In this document: positions 54,747 through 64,000 of the stretch, piece after piece
Numbering within the stretch: the first letter of the stretch is position 1
Layout: the number at the start of each line of letters is the position of its first letter
Assembly: GCA_963799725.1 (NCBI GenBank)
Contig: CAWCYJ010000001.1
Span: 67,485 to 131,484 of the forward strand
DNA length: 64,000 nt
Direction: 5' to 3'
Origin: an uncultured Pseudomonadota bacterium
GTDB lineage: Bacteria; Chloroflexota; UBA5177; JAJPKF01
Position numbers and translations under genes: made by a program
Notes under the pieces: model-generated
Told to the model about the DNA's origin: nothing
The model's input: only the letters and a program-made list of their open reading frames with translations
The model's database searches: none

Positions 54747-56111
54747 CTAGCAGGTTGCGAGGACGTGAAGCGCCTCCTGGACACTTGAGATGGCGTCGAC
54801 TTGAATATCGAAGTCAGCATTCAGGGAGCTGGCCCTGGGTACGATGGCTCGCTCGAGGCCGAGTTTCTCCGCCTCTCGAACCCGCCTCTCCAGGTCGCGT
54901 ACAGGCCGCACTTCGCCGCCGAGCCCCACCTCCCCAATGGTCGCCAAACGGGGCAGCTCTCGATCCGCGTAACTCGAGTAGATTGCCGAAAGGATTGCCA
55001 GGTCGACGGCTGGCTCGTCAATTCTCAAGCCACCCACCGCGTTGACGTAAATGTCCTGCGTGGAAACGTCAAGACGCGCTCGTTTGCCGAGCACCGCCGT
55101 CAGCATATGGAGGCGGTTAACGTCGAGACCCGTACAGGAGCGCCTGGGCAGCCCGAAGCTGGTAGGCGTCGCGAGTGCCTGGATCTCCACCAACAGAGGT
55201 CGTGTCCCCTCCAGCGTCACCGCAATCGCCGAGCCGCTGTAGCGGTGGTCATTCTCCGTCAGGAACAGGGCAGAAGGATTCGTTACCTCCCAGAGCCCGC
55301 TATCCCGCATGTCGAAGACTCCGATCTCATGCGTAGCACCATACCGGTTCTTGATGCACCGTAGCAGTCGATGAGCCTGGTAGTTGTCGCCCTCGAGATA
55401 GAGGACGACGTCCACCATATGCTCCAAGACTTTTGGTCCGGCGATAGCGCCGTCTTTCGTGACGTGACCGACGAGGAACACGGCCATGCCGGACTCCTTG
55501 GCCATGCGGACGAAGCGGCTGGTACATTCACGGGTCTGTGAGACGCTTCCAGCTGGAGACTCCAGCTCGTCGAGCTGCATTGTTTGAATGGAGTCGACGA
55601 CGAGGACCTTGCATTCGAGGGCGAGCGCGGTATCACAGACCTCCGTGGCGTCCGTCGTAGGCAATACCGCGAGATTGCCTCCATTCCGTGTAAGCCGCTC
55701 GGCTCGAAGCTTGATCTGCTCGGCCGACTCCTCACCGGAGGCGTACAGAACACCAACATCTTCATCCGCAATAAGCCGCGAAATCTGGAGTAGAATTGTC
55801 GATTTCCCTATCCCGGGATCGCCACCCAGCAGGACGGCCGACCCCGGGACAATTCCGCCGCCCAGCACACGATCGAATTCCGAAAGTGGAGTGTGAATTC
55901 GTTCGAGGGCACTCGTGCTGATATCGGCGAGAAACTGGACGCGTCCGTCCGTCGCACCGTGTGGATCAGCGGCCGACTTTGCCGCGGATCCCTGACGTAC
56001 GAACGTCTCCTGAATCGTGTCCCAGCCTCCGCAGCTGGGACACCTACCGTATGACTGAGGATATTGACTTCCGCAACTCTGACAGATGTAGCTCGTGCGG
56101 CCCCGAGGCAT
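54747..56111 (-). CDS. radA: DNA repair protein RadA (Sms)
   Basis: Zinc ribbon: YICQSCGSQYPQSYGRCPSCGGW. Walker A: LLGGDPGIGKSTILLQ. KNRYG motif: IKNRYGATHEIGVF. Lon-like C-terminal domain. TAATG overlap with the clpC stop. Confidence 0.95.
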   Translation of the reverse strand: MPRGRTSYICQSCGSQYPQSYGRCPSCGGWDTIQETFVRQGSAAKSAADPHGATDGRVQFLADISTSALERIHTPLSEFDRVLGGGIVPGSAVLLGGDPGIGKSTILLQISRLIADEDVGVLYASGEESAEQIKLRAERLTRNGGNLAVLPTTDATEVCDTALALECKVLVVDSIQTMQLDELESPAGSVSQTRECTSRFVRMAKESGMAVFLVGHVTKDGAIAGPKVLEHMVDVVLYLEGDNYQAHRLLRCIKNRYGATHEIGVFDMRDSGLWEVTNPSALFLTENDHRYSGSAIAVTLEGTRPLLVEIQALATPTSFGLPRRSCTGLDVNRLHMLTAVLGKRARLDVSTQDIYVNAVGGLRIDEPAVDLAILSAIYSSYADRELPRLATIGEVGLGGEVRPVRDLERRVREAEKLGLERAIVPRASSLNADFDIQVDAISSVQEALHVLATC

Positions 56112-58648
56112 TAAGCCTCGGATTCAGTGGCCGATCCGGCGGCGGACAGCGGCGGCGTTTCCTCCATCGGTGGGGTGGGCTCTTCCGGTTCCTCCGGCAG
56201 AACCGCGATGAGCTCGAGTCCATCCTCAGTTCGATCCACGACGATTTGCATCCCCGGATAGAACCGGCCGGAGAGCATTCCCTCGGCCAAGGTGTCCTCG
56301 ATGCGGCTCTGTATCGTACGCCGAAGTGGTCTCGCTCCGTTTGATGTATCGAAGCCCTCTTCGACGAGGAAGGCCTTAGCCGCTTCCTTGATCTCGAGGT
56401 TGATCTGCTGTTCCACCAATTGGTTCCGGACTCGCGCAAGGAGGATGTCCGCGATCTCGTACACCTGTTCCTGCGTCAGTGAGCGGAAGACAATAGTAGC
56501 GTCGATCCGGTTCATGAACTCCGGCTTGAAGGTGTTCTTGAGCTCGCCGGTGATTTTCTTGATCATCTCGCCATGGCTGCGTTCGAATGCCTTGGCCTCG
56601 TCGCCTTCCGACGTCTTCACCTTAAATCCGAGCTGAGCATCCTTGTTGAGGAGGCTCGCTCCGACGTTTGAAGTCATGATGATGATGGTGTTGCGGAAGT
56701 CGACACTTCTGCCCTTTGCATCCGTCAGTCTTCCGTCCTCGAGGATCTGCAAGAGGATATTGAAAACCTCAGGGTGAGCCTTCTCGATCTCGTCCAGAAG
56801 AACCACAGAGTAGGACTTTCGCCGAACCGCCTCGGTCAGCTGCCCGCCCTCTTCATAGCCAACGTAGCCGGGAGGTGCGCCAACGAGTCTGGCGACCGCG
56901 TGTCGCTCCATGAACTCCGACATGTCGATCTTGATCAGTGAGTCTTCGCTTCCGAACATGAACTCGGCCAACGCCTTCGCAAGTTCGGTCTTTCCAACAC
57001 CTGTTGGTCCAAGGAAGATGAAGCTGCCGATTGGACGCTTGGGATCCTTTAGGCCGGTTCGGGCCCTGCGGACCGCACTGGAGATCGTGGAGATAGCTTC
57101 ATCCTGACCCACGACGCGCTTGTGAATGGCGGACTCCATTTCCAGAAGTCGTGCCGACTCTTCCTGAGCGATTCTCATCACCGGGATGCCGGTCCACATT
57201 GCAACGACCTGGGCAACATCTTCTTCGGTGACCTCGAGGTCCTGAGCATTCTGCTGTGTATGCCAGCCCTGTTCAAGCTGGGCAATCGACTCGCGTAACT
57301 GGCCTTCTTTATCGCGGAGTTTGGCAGCCTGCTCATACTGCTGCGTTTGGATTGCCTCGTCCTTCTCCGCTTGGACGCCCTCCAGATCCTTCATCGCATC
57401 CTTGAGCGTTTGCGGAGCGACGGCCTTCTGCATGCGAACACGGGAGGAGGCTTCGTCGATGAGGTCGATGGCTTTGTCAGGCATGAATCGATCGGTGATG
57501 TAGCGCTCTGCCATCTCTGCGGCTGCCTTAATAGCCGCATCGGTGATGCGCAAACGGTGATGTTGCTCGTAGCGTTCGCGAAGGCCCTTCAGAATCAGCA
57601 CTGCCTCTTCCACGGTCGATTCTCTTACCGTGATGGGCTGGAATCGGCGCTCTAGCGCCGCGTCACGCTCGATGTACTTGCGGTACTCATCCAACGTCGT
57701 GGCGCCAATTGTCTGAATCTCTCCACGGGACAGGGCTGGTTTGAGGATGTTGGCGGCATCGACCGCTCCTTCAGCCGCTCCAGCTCCGACGATGGTGTGA
57801 AGCTCGTCGATAAAGAGGATACAGTCTCCCGAGGAGCGAATCTCCTCAATGATCTTCTTCAGACGCTCCTCGAACTCACCGCGGTATTTTGTCCCAGCTA
57901 CCAAAGAGCCAATATCCAGGGTAAGCAGCCTCTTACCGAGGAGGTTTTCGGGAACCTCGCCGCTTACGATTTGCTGGGCAAGCCCGTCTACAATTGCGGT
58001 CTTGCCAACGCCCGGCTCGCCAATCAGAACAGGGTTGTTCTTCATTCGTCGTGAGAGCACCTGGATTACACGCTCTATCTCGCCGTCCCGTCCAATGACT
58101 GGGTCGAGCTTGCTAGCGCGAGCGTGGGCAGTCAGGTCTATCCCCAACTGGTCAATGGTTGGCGTTTTGCTAGAGCGTCGTTCGTGCGCGGGCGCACTGC
58201 CGGTCTGGGTGAGGACCTTGATCACCTCTGTCCGTACTTTCTCGAGGTTGACGCCCAGGCTCTCAAGGACGCCGGCCGCAATGCCTTCTCCCTCACGGAT
58301 GAGTCCAAGCAAGAGGTGCTCTGTGCCGATGTAGTGGTGGCCGAGTCTGCGCGCCTCATCTACGGCTAGCTCAATCACCTTCTTTGCCCGCGGCGTTAGC
58401 CCGATATCCCCCGATACCTGACGCTCGCCACGTCCAATGATGAACTCGACCGCGCTGCGAACCTTTGGCAGCTCGACGCCGAGATTGGACAGCACTTTGG
58501 CGGCAACACCATCGCCTTCTCGGACGAGGCCAAGAAGAAGATGCTCGGTGCCGATGTAGTTGTGATTGAAACGCTGCGCCTCTTCCTGGGCGAGCGTCAG
58601 GACCTTTCTGGCACGTTCAGTGAAGCGATCAAAACTACCGCTTGTCAT
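56111..58648 (-). CDS. clpC: ATP-dependent Clp protease ATP-binding subunit ClpC
   Basis: 845 aa. Two Clp_N repeats ([32 protein letters not shown]). AAA-1: [18 protein letters not shown]-like linker: [16 protein letters not shown]-2: [17 protein letters not shown]. Confidence 0.95.
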   Translation of the reverse strand: MTSGSFDRFTERARKVLTLAQEEAQRFNHNYIGTEHLLLGLVREGDGVAAKVLSNLGVELPKVRSAVEFIIGRGERQVSGDIGLTPRAKKVIELAVDEARRLGHHYIGTEHLLLGLIREGEGIAAGVLESLGVNLEKVRTEVIKVLTQTGSAPAHERRSSKTPTIDQLGIDLTAHARASKLDPVIGRDGEIERVIQVLSRRMKNNPVLIGEPGVGKTAIVDGLAQQIVSGEVPENLLGKRLLTLDIGSLVAGTKYRGEFEERLKKIIEEIRSSGDCILFIDELHTIVGAGAAEGAVDAANILKPALSRGEIQTIGATTLDEYRKYIERDAALERRFQPITVRESTVEEAVLILKGLRERYEQHHRLRITDAAIKAAAEMAERYITDRFMPDKAIDLIDEASSRVRMQKAVAPQTLKDAMKDLEGVQAEKDEAIQTQQYEQAAKLRDKEGQLRESIAQLEQGWHTQQNAQDLEVTEEDVAQVVAMWTGIPVMRIAQEESARLLEMESAIHKRVVGQDEAISTISSAVRRARTGLKDPKRPIGSFIFLGPTGVGKTELAKALAEFMFGSEDSLIKIDMSEFMERHAVARLVGAPPGYVGYEEGGQLTEAVRRKSYSVVLLDEIEKAHPEVFNILLQILEDGRLTDAKGRSVDFRNTIIIMTSNVGASLLNKDAQLGFKVKTSEGDEAKAFERSHGEMIKKITGELKNTFKPEFMNRIDATIVFRSLTQEQVYEIADILLARVRNQLVEQQINLEIKEAAKAFLVEEGFDTSNGARPLRRTIQSRIEDTLAEGMLSGRFYPGMQIVVDRTEDGLELIAVLPEEPEEPTPPMEETPPLSAAGSATESEA

Positions 58649-58726
58649 TCCTACGTTCCTGAGTTCTCAATAATATGGTCGTTATGCAACGGGAAACTGA
58701 GGCTGACGACGTAGTCGCCACCTGCG

Positions 58727-60442
58727 CTAGACCGCGTCGGTTACCGCCTGGGGCACCTGCGCAGTCTGTGGTTCGTCATCGAGGGAAGTGCTCCTCGACT
58801 CGATTTCTTCCGAGCTCACGTCCTCTTCCTGCTGCTCAGTCTGAGTTGGTTGTACTTCTGTTCCGCTTTCAAAGTTCGCCTGCGCATCGTCCGGAGACTC
58901 CGAGGCTTCAGCAGGCTGGTCCTGCTCAGCCGTCACAGACCAAACTTCGGGATTGGCCTCAGCAGTCTCGCCTTCTGCCCCACTCTCAGTGGAGACAGGC
59001 TCCGTTACGGTCAGCTCTTCCGCGACGGCTTCCGACTCGCTGTCACCGGATTCCTCAGTACTTTCGATCAGTACGGCAGCGGCTTCGCCATCTCCAGACG
59101 TGTTGACACCCGAAACGTATTCGGTGTCGTCAGCTGTCGCGGCCGGCTCCTCCGGGATTTCAAGTTGTGGGGACGAGCCTTCTTCGGCACCTTCGGTGTC
59201 GGAAAGACCTGCCAGGGCATGAAATGCAGTTGGCGTCGGATCCTCTTCCCGATTCTGCTCCGCTGCCCACTCCTCGACAGTCATCTCTTGGATTGCCGGC
59301 CGAAGCTGTCGAATGCTCAAACCAAGCCGCCGGCGCGCCCTGTCGATGTGAATGATCTTCGCCTCAACGGTCTGGCCCTCGGATACGACTTGGGCCGCAT
59401 CTCTGGGAGTTGCATCGGCAAGCTCACTTAGGTGAATGAGTCCTTCGACGCCCGGCTCGATCTGCGCGAAGGCCCCGAACTTCACTAGTCGAGTGATGGT
59501 TGCTTGCACATTTTCGCCAGGCTGATAGCGGCTTTCAACTGATTCCCATGGATCTGCCATGGCTCGTTTCAGGCTGAGGCTAATCTTTTGGTCCTGAGGA
59601 CGTACGTCGAGGACGAATACATCGATCTCTTGACCAGGAGAGAGAACCGTTCTCGGGTCGTTAATGCGTTCGTACGACAGCTCGGATACGTGGACCAGCC
59701 CGTCGGCCCCTCCCAGGTCTACGAATGCACCAAAGGTGGTTACATTTCGCACGGTGCCTCTTCTGATCTGTCCTGGCCGCAGCTCCTGCATCAAATCTTC
59801 TTTGCGCCGGGCGCGTTCCTCGAGACTGGCGGCTCTCTCAGAGAGGATGAGACGATTTTGCTGGTGGTTTGCCTCCAAGACCTTGACACGCAGCGATTTA
59901 CCAACGAGCTCGGCCAAGCGCCGCTCCGTCTCGTCGCCCTCGCCAGATCCGGCCGGAGGCAGGCTGGCAAGCTGAGAGACTGGGACAAAGCCTCGTATCC
60001 CGCCGACTTCCACCAAGGCGCCACCTCGGTTGTAGTCGACGACAGGGCCTTCGATAACCCCACCGTTCTGGGCCAGGGCTTCTACATCGACCCAAGTTTG
60101 CTCGCGGCGAGCGCGTCGCAGCGAAAGGATCGGGCCGTTCGAGCTATCTGGTTGCAGAACCTGGACAATGACCTCCTGCCCAAGCTTGAGATCAGGGAGG
60201 TCGTCGCCGTTTTCGCCGAGCTCTTCCCGTCGGATGATGCCTTCTGATTTGAGGCCTACATCAACAAGCACCGCGTCGTCTGCGATGCTCACGATCGTTC
60301 CGGTAGTTGTCTGGCCGCGGCGCAAGGCTTGGAAACCAGCCTCCTGAGCCTCCATGAGGCTCTGCATGTCTTCGAGCTGAAACCCAGTCTCCTCCGGATC
60401 TTGTGTCTCGCTCGCGGCTTGGTTTCCCGGTTGGTCTTCCAT
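58727..60442 (-). CDS. rpsA: 30S ribosomal protein S1 (four S1 domains) with a ~190-aa acidic C-terminal tail
   Basis: Four OB/S1 repeats, e.g. GTIVSIADDAVLVDVGLKSEGIIRREEL; GPVVDYNRGGALVEVGGIRGFVPVSQL; GTVRNVTTFGAFVDLGGADGLVHVSELS; ATITRLVKFGAFAQIEPGVEGLIHLSEL. These are followed by E/S/T/D/A-rich low complexity (about 58727-59290). Confidence 0.9.
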   Translation of the reverse strand: MEDQPGNQAASETQDPEETGFQLEDMQSLMEAQEAGFQALRRGQTTTGTIVSIADDAVLVDVGLKSEGIIRREELGENGDDLPDLKLGQEVIVQVLQPDSSNGPILSLRRARREQTWVDVEALAQNGGVIEGPVVDYNRGGALVEVGGIRGFVPVSQLASLPPAGSGEGDETERRLAELVGKSLRVKVLEANHQQNRLILSERAASLEERARRKEDLMQELRPGQIRRGTVRNVTTFGAFVDLGGADGLVHVSELSYERINDPRTVLSPGQEIDVFVLDVRPQDQKISLSLKRAMADPWESVESRYQPGENVQATITRLVKFGAFAQIEPGVEGLIHLSELADATPRDAAQVVSEGQTVEAKIIHIDRARRRLGLSIRQLRPAIQEMTVEEWAAEQNREEDPTPTAFHALAGLSDTEGAEEGSSPQLEIPEEPAATADDTEYVSGVNTSGDGEAAAVLIESTEESGDSESEAVAEELTVTEPVSTESGAEGETAEANPEVWSVTAEQDQPAEASESPDDAQANFESGTEVQPTQTEQQEEDVSSEEIESRSTSLDDEPQTAQVPQAVTDAV

Positions 60443-60513
60443 ATTTCTCCTGACGCTTTCCTACGGAAGCGTTATACCGCAGGGCCAGTTTTCCCTGTCT
60501 GACTCAGCACCGA

Positions 60514-60545
60514 ATTATATCAGCCGCATGTGGCTCTCACGAAGG
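60514..60545 (-). promoter_or_regulatory. Candidate rpsA promoter
   Basis: On the minus strand there is a perfect TATAAT (60519..60514), 72 nt upstream of the rpsA ATG (RBS AGGAG). The -35 is weak (TCGTGA at 17-nt spacing). Confidence 0.3.
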
Positions 60546-60792
60546 CATGCGGCCCAATGCAAGAGTTGTTGGACATAACGTGGAAGAGTGCCTGGGAGCT
60601 CGACTCGAGACCACGTCCTCCCATGCCGTTCATACCATCCGCTGTCTGAATTCACTCCGCATGCGAATCGTAGGGCGCTTGCGTGAAGACAGCGGCTCGT
60701 AAAGACTACTTCGCGCATCACGCAAGACTTTCGACCACGCTTTGAGCGTACCTGGCGGGAAAGCTCAGACGGCGCCGTCGTCTTGGCGAACT

Positions 60793-61881
60793 CTACTCTA
60801 CGATTCGAAGCTCTCGAGGGAAGTGATTGAAGCGTTCAGCGCCTTCGGACGTCACAGCTACGATATCCTCGATCCGGATTCCGAATTTCCCTGGCAGATA
60901 ACACCCAGGTTCAATGCTGAAGGTCATTCCGGCAACCAGGTCGAGCTGATTCCCGCTCACGATGTAGGGCTCCTCGTGCTCCTCCAAGCCGATTCCATGC
61001 CCTGTCCGGTGGATGAAGGCGTCGCCAAAGCCGGCTTCGGAGATGATCGATCGCACAACCGAATCAATCGATTCACATGTCCTACCCGGGCGAACTGCGT
61101 CGACACCCGCCTGCTGCGCGGCCTTCACCACTTCGTAGACGGTTCTCATCTCCTCAGTGGGCTCTCCAACCGCGAGGGTACGCGTCATATCGGCCCAATA
61201 ACCGTTCAGCGTCCCACCAAAGTCCAGAGTCACAAATTCGCCGGACTGGATGACCCGATCGCTAGAGCGGTGATGGGGAGAGGCCCCATTGGGACCAGAT
61301 GCAACGATGGATCCCGGCTCTCGCAGCCCGACATTCTCCAAAAGTCTCTGCAGCGTTCGCCCGATGTCCGCCTCAGTTCGCGACTGTAGAGAACCTTGAA
61401 GCAGACTATCCAGAACCGAGTCGGCTCGTTTCCCCGCGTCGCGGAGAGTTGTCAGCTCATCCTCATCCTTGACCATCCGCAGGTCTCTAATGAACTGTGA
61501 GGCGTGAGTGAATTCGCTTGAAGTAAGCTGCTGTTGCAGCCCTAGTAGGAACCGTGCTCGCATGTGGTCTCCCACGGCGACCCGGCGGGCCTTAAACTCT
61601 TTGTCGATCATCCGTTTGGTCAGCTCGTACGGATCCTCTGTCTCCCCATACGTTGCAACCTCGATGTCCCTATCCAATGACGGAAGTGCTCTCGCTTCGA
61701 AAGCTGCAATGACGATGAAGGGGTCCGATTCCGCGGCGATGCAGAGGAGGACGGGCCTCTCGGACTGATGTCCCCAAAAGTTGAGCAGGTAGGCCATGTC
61801 AGGGCCAGGCGCGAGAATGAGCAGATCGATGCCGCGATCCTGCAGGATCTGCTGCAGCCTCGTCCGCCTACGTCGCCTCAA
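60793..61881 (-). CDS. pepP: M24-family Xaa-Pro aminopeptidase/dipeptidase
   Basis: 362 aa. Pita-bread metal ligands in context: VTLDFGG..NGYWADMTRT, HRTGHGIGLEEHEEPYI, GMTFSIEPG.Y.PGKFGIRIEDIV. Confidence 0.85.
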   Translation of the reverse strand: MRRRRRTRLQQILQDRGIDLLILAPGPDMAYLLNFWGHQSERPVLLCIAAESDPFIVIAAFEARALPSLDRDIEVATYGETEDPYELTKRMIDKEFKARRVAVGDHMRARFLLGLQQQLTSSEFTHASQFIRDLRMVKDEDELTTLRDAGKRADSVLDSLLQGSLQSRTEADIGRTLQRLLENVGLREPGSIVASGPNGASPHHRSSDRVIQSGEFVTLDFGGTLNGYWADMTRTLAVGEPTEEMRTVYEVVKAAQQAGVDAVRPGRTCESIDSVVRSIISEAGFGDAFIHRTGHGIGLEEHEEPYIVSGNQLDLVAGMTFSIEPGCYLPGKFGIRIEDIVAVTSEGAERFNHFPRELRIVE

Positions 61882-61902
61882 GATAGATCTAGTCCGGCGA
61901 TC

Positions 61903-63126
61903 CTATCCATTTGGGGAGACAACGCCGAGTGGATCGATCGACCCACCAAGCGGCCAGAGGGGATCGGCGACAGGAGGTGACGGCATTAGAGTTGCCGGCT
62001 TATTACATCCACCGGACGGATCACAGCCATCTGGGATCGCAAGCTGTCCGGGACCATTGCCTTTGGCATAGTGACGGTTGGCCTGAGGTCCGGCCTTTCC
62101 AGGCTTTAAGTACTTGACGTGATGACGGCTGTGAAAGTCGTGTAGGCTTCTCTGATAGCTGCTCTTCGCCGATCCTGAGAGGCCGTGCTGCGAGTACTCA
62201 TCGTAGAGGTAACTGACGATGACGACGTAATCCTCGGTCTCCTTAAAGGGAGGGACTCCGCCATAGTGGATCACCGCACCCGGACCCGCATTGTAGGCGG
62301 CCAAGGCCAGCTTCCAGGTTCCGAACTCCTGATAATATCCCGCTAGCATTGACACTCCGAGGTTGATGTTGGCCTGCGGGTCCCAAGGTCCTGCGAGAAC
62401 CTGCATCAGTCCCCTTGCGTTGCTCCCGGACAATGCCAAGGGGTCGCCCTCCGACTCGGCGGTCATTACCGCTGCAATCATGGCAGGCGGGATGTCGTAC
62501 TTGTGAGCCGCCGGAAGAATCAAATATGCCCAGCGCCGAACATTGGCAGGGATATCACCGTTGCCGGGTAATCTGCCCTCGGCCTGAAGATCGGCAACGG
62601 AAGGAAGGCCGACTGAGGGAGGTGTCGCCTGCGAACCTGAGGTCCCGTTCGAGGAGCCGGTCGAGCCGGTTGAAGGCTGGGTGGGGTGGGAGCCTCCCCC
62701 ACCGCCATGACTGGTCCCCCCTGGATGAGTTTTGGGTGGGTGATGGTGATGAGGAGGATGGGGGATTGGGGTTCTGGTGACCACGGGCGTGCGCACTGGC
62801 TTTGTGGGCGTCGGAGTAGGAATCGAGGTCGCAGTGGGCGTGGGCGTTACGACGGTGGGAGTGGGCTTTACGGGAGTCACCGTAACGGTGGGCGTAACAG
62901 GGGGTACGGTAGGTGTGGGCGTGGCGGTTGTCTTTATGGTCCCCACGCCTTGAACGGACGTAGGAGTCGGGGTGGGACTATTGGCTTCGACGGTTCGCGC
63001 ACTCGCTACGTAGACCGCCGGGGCGACCATGAATAGAGAGAACAGCATGACTGCACCCGCCAGAAATCTGATAGACGTGCGGCGCGTGCTTTTTGAGGAC
63101 GTATCCAATGGATTGATTCGCTTCAT
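61903..63126 (-). CDS. Membrane-anchored lytic transglycosylase (SLT/GH23 domain) with a Pro/Thr linker and a His-rich patch
   Basis: TM anchor (FLAGAVMLFSLFMVAPAVYV) and a PTPT linker with PHPPHHHHPPKTHPG. SLT domain: IPPAMIAAVMTAESEGDPLALSGSNARGLMQV...LALAAYNAGPGAV. Confidence 0.8.
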   Translation of the reverse strand: MKRINPLDTSSKSTRRTSIRFLAGAVMLFSLFMVAPAVYVASARTVEANSPTPTPTSVQGVGTIKTTATPTPTVPPVTPTVTVTPVKPTPTVVTPTPTATSIPTPTPTKPVRTPVVTRTPIPHPPHHHHPPKTHPGGTSHGGGGGSHPTQPSTGSTGSSNGTSGSQATPPSVGLPSVADLQAEGRLPGNGDIPANVRRWAYLILPAAHKYDIPPAMIAAVMTAESEGDPLALSGSNARGLMQVLAGPWDPQANINLGVSMLAGYYQEFGTWKLALAAYNAGPGAVIHYGGVPPFKETEDYVVIVSYLYDEYSQHGLSGSAKSSYQRSLHDFHSRHHVKYLKPGKAGPQANRHYAKGNGPGQLAIPDGCDPSGGCNKPATLMPSPPVADPLWPLGGSIDPLGVVSPNG

Positions 63127-63227
63127 GTAATGTCTTGAAGGTCTGCAATTGGATTCTGGATGTTGGCTACGGCGCTGATTGGGTATTCAGGGGTATCCGC
63201 AACATCCGTGCTCAGCTCCTTCATCTC

Positions 63228-63708
63228 CTAAGGCAATGGGATGATGACCGCTTCGAGCCGATGTGTAACGGTGAGCAAGGCAAACGAGCGCCGCTTGTCG
63301 AACCTCGGCCAGGTGGGTGAACCTGGATTCAATAGTAGCAGCCCATTTGCGTCATCAACATAGGCCTTGTGGCTATGTCCAAAAATAACGCAATCTGCAT
63401 TGTCCTTGGCTGAGACCGATTGCGCGGTGCTCATGGCCGTCTTGCCCTGGTGGCCGTGAGTTACCAGAATAGAGAATTGCTCAGCTTGGAGCCGAAGCTC
63501 TGACGGGAGGGTGGATTGAAGATTCGGCGGATCACAATTGCCGTGAACCGCGGAGACGGGCGCAATGCGTTCCAAACCTTCGATAGCCTCCGGCGAGCAG
63601 AGGTCCCCGGCATGGACGATGAGATCGCAGCCGTCGAGACCACGCAAAAGCTCGATCAGGTAATTCATACCGAGGCAAATGTGTGTCGGCTACGACGCCC
63701 AGCCTCAT
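63228..63708 (-). pseudogene. YfcE/MJ0936-type metallophosphoesterase, N-terminal metal-binding motif separated by a +1 frame disruption (or assembly indel) at 63669-63678
   Basis: ORF 63228..63668 carries ..CDLIVHAGDL...AVHGNCD...ILVTHGHQ...VIFGHSH...LLLNPGSPT but lacks motif I. The +1-offset frame upstream reads MRLGVVADTHLPRY from ATG 63708..63706, in an ATGA overlap with the CPBP gene stop. Removing one base in ttg cct cgg t|atg gives MRLGVVADTHLPR-MNYLIELLRGLDGCDLIVHAGD. Confidence 0.75.
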
Positions 63709-64000
63709 CGGACAAACAAGGCCACGATGGCGAGACCATTCAGAGATCCGTGGACAAGCATGGAGGCGGCAAGCGTATCGGCGTACTGGAATGCAAAAGC
63801 CAGCACAATTCCCAGAAAGATCAAGATTGGCAGAGTGTTGATCTCTCCCGCCCCTCCTAAGAGGTGGGCCAGGCCGAAGAGGGTGCCGCTGGCCACAGCC
63901 GCAGCGACGATTCCCCACTTCAATCCGAGCCGGCCGCTGGTGTCCGACCTTAGGCCTTGGAAAAGTACGCCTCTAAAAAGAGTCTCTTCGGTAATTGGGG
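63705..64000 (-). CDS. CPBP-family (CAAX/Abi) intramembrane glutamic endopeptidase, C-terminal part only (5' end beyond the window)
   Basis: Hand translation from the window edge: PITEETLFRGVLFQGLRS...WGIVAAAVASGTLFGLAHLLG....LPILIFLGIVLAFAFQYADTLAASMLVHGSLNG. This contains EExxxR, FxxxH and HxxxN, the three CPBP motifs. Confidence 0.7.
   Translation of the reverse strand, partial: PITEETLFRGVLFQGLRSDTSGRLGLKWGIVAAAVASGTLFGLAHLLGGAGEINTLPILIFLGIVLAFAFQYADTLAASMLVHGSLNGLAIVALFVR

Noticed and set aside
60515-60721. 68-aa ORF upstream of rpsA
   Set aside because: It has no RBS, odd composition (Cys/Arg/His/Trp-rich), and spans the putative rpsA promoter region.

Overview
This is a 64-kb chromosomal window from a moderately GC-rich bacterium. 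All calls come from reading the supplied translations and the raw sequence by hand; no database search or folding program was run. Gene content (valS T-box leader, four-domain S1, clpC-radA-ispD block, a translin homolog, many Pro/Thr/Gly-rich linkers) suggests a Terrabacteria or Chloroflexota-like lineage, but the taxon cannot be fixed from here.

I support about 60 CDS, 4 tRNAs (Trp-CCA, Thr-GGU, Tyr-GUA, Thr-UGU) and one T-box riboswitch with an intrinsic terminator. I also list a few hairpins and perfect TATAAT boxes. I saw no rRNA, CRISPR array, transposase, integrase or prophage signal.

Main blocks:
- An envelope-glycan cluster: GT4 gene, UPF0104 flippase-like gene and two O-antigen-ligase-like genes.
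- ndk, mutL and rpsF-ssb-rpsR.
- A parvulin PPIase, ilvE, and two large secreted proteins.
- valS, a rhomboid protease and polA.
- An apt-mtnA-mtnP-pfkB-ahcY-NDP-sugar pyrophosphorylase operon.
- A der-cmk-rluB-dacB block.
- rpmG / tRNA-Trp / secE-nusG-rplKAJL.
- rlmB-ispD-radA-clpC-rpsA, followed by pepP, an SLT lytic transglycosylase, and partial genes at the right edge.

Most noteworthy observations:
1. A stand-alone L7/L12 C-terminal-domain paralog lies directly downstream of rplL, behind a 16-bp hairpin.
2. Four independent single-base (+1 type) frame disruptions hit conserved genes: mutL, an O-antigen-ligase-like gene, the mtnP C-terminus and a YfcE-type phosphoesterase. This means either assembly indels or a mismatch-repair-deficient lineage.
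3. Ribosomal proteins S6 (acidic), S18 (RG/GY-rich basic) and S1 (acidic) carry long low-complexity tails.
4. A secreted protein has seven repeats, each with a Cys pair, and looks like a beta-propeller. It sits next to a multidomain DUF1906 protein.
5. A bacterial translin-family protein is present.
6. A compact operon recycles S-adenosylmethionine (SAM) by-products but lacks the downstream methionine-salvage genes.

I found no convincing multi-gene novel system such as a defence island. The L12-CTD paralog is my best candidate for something undescribed.
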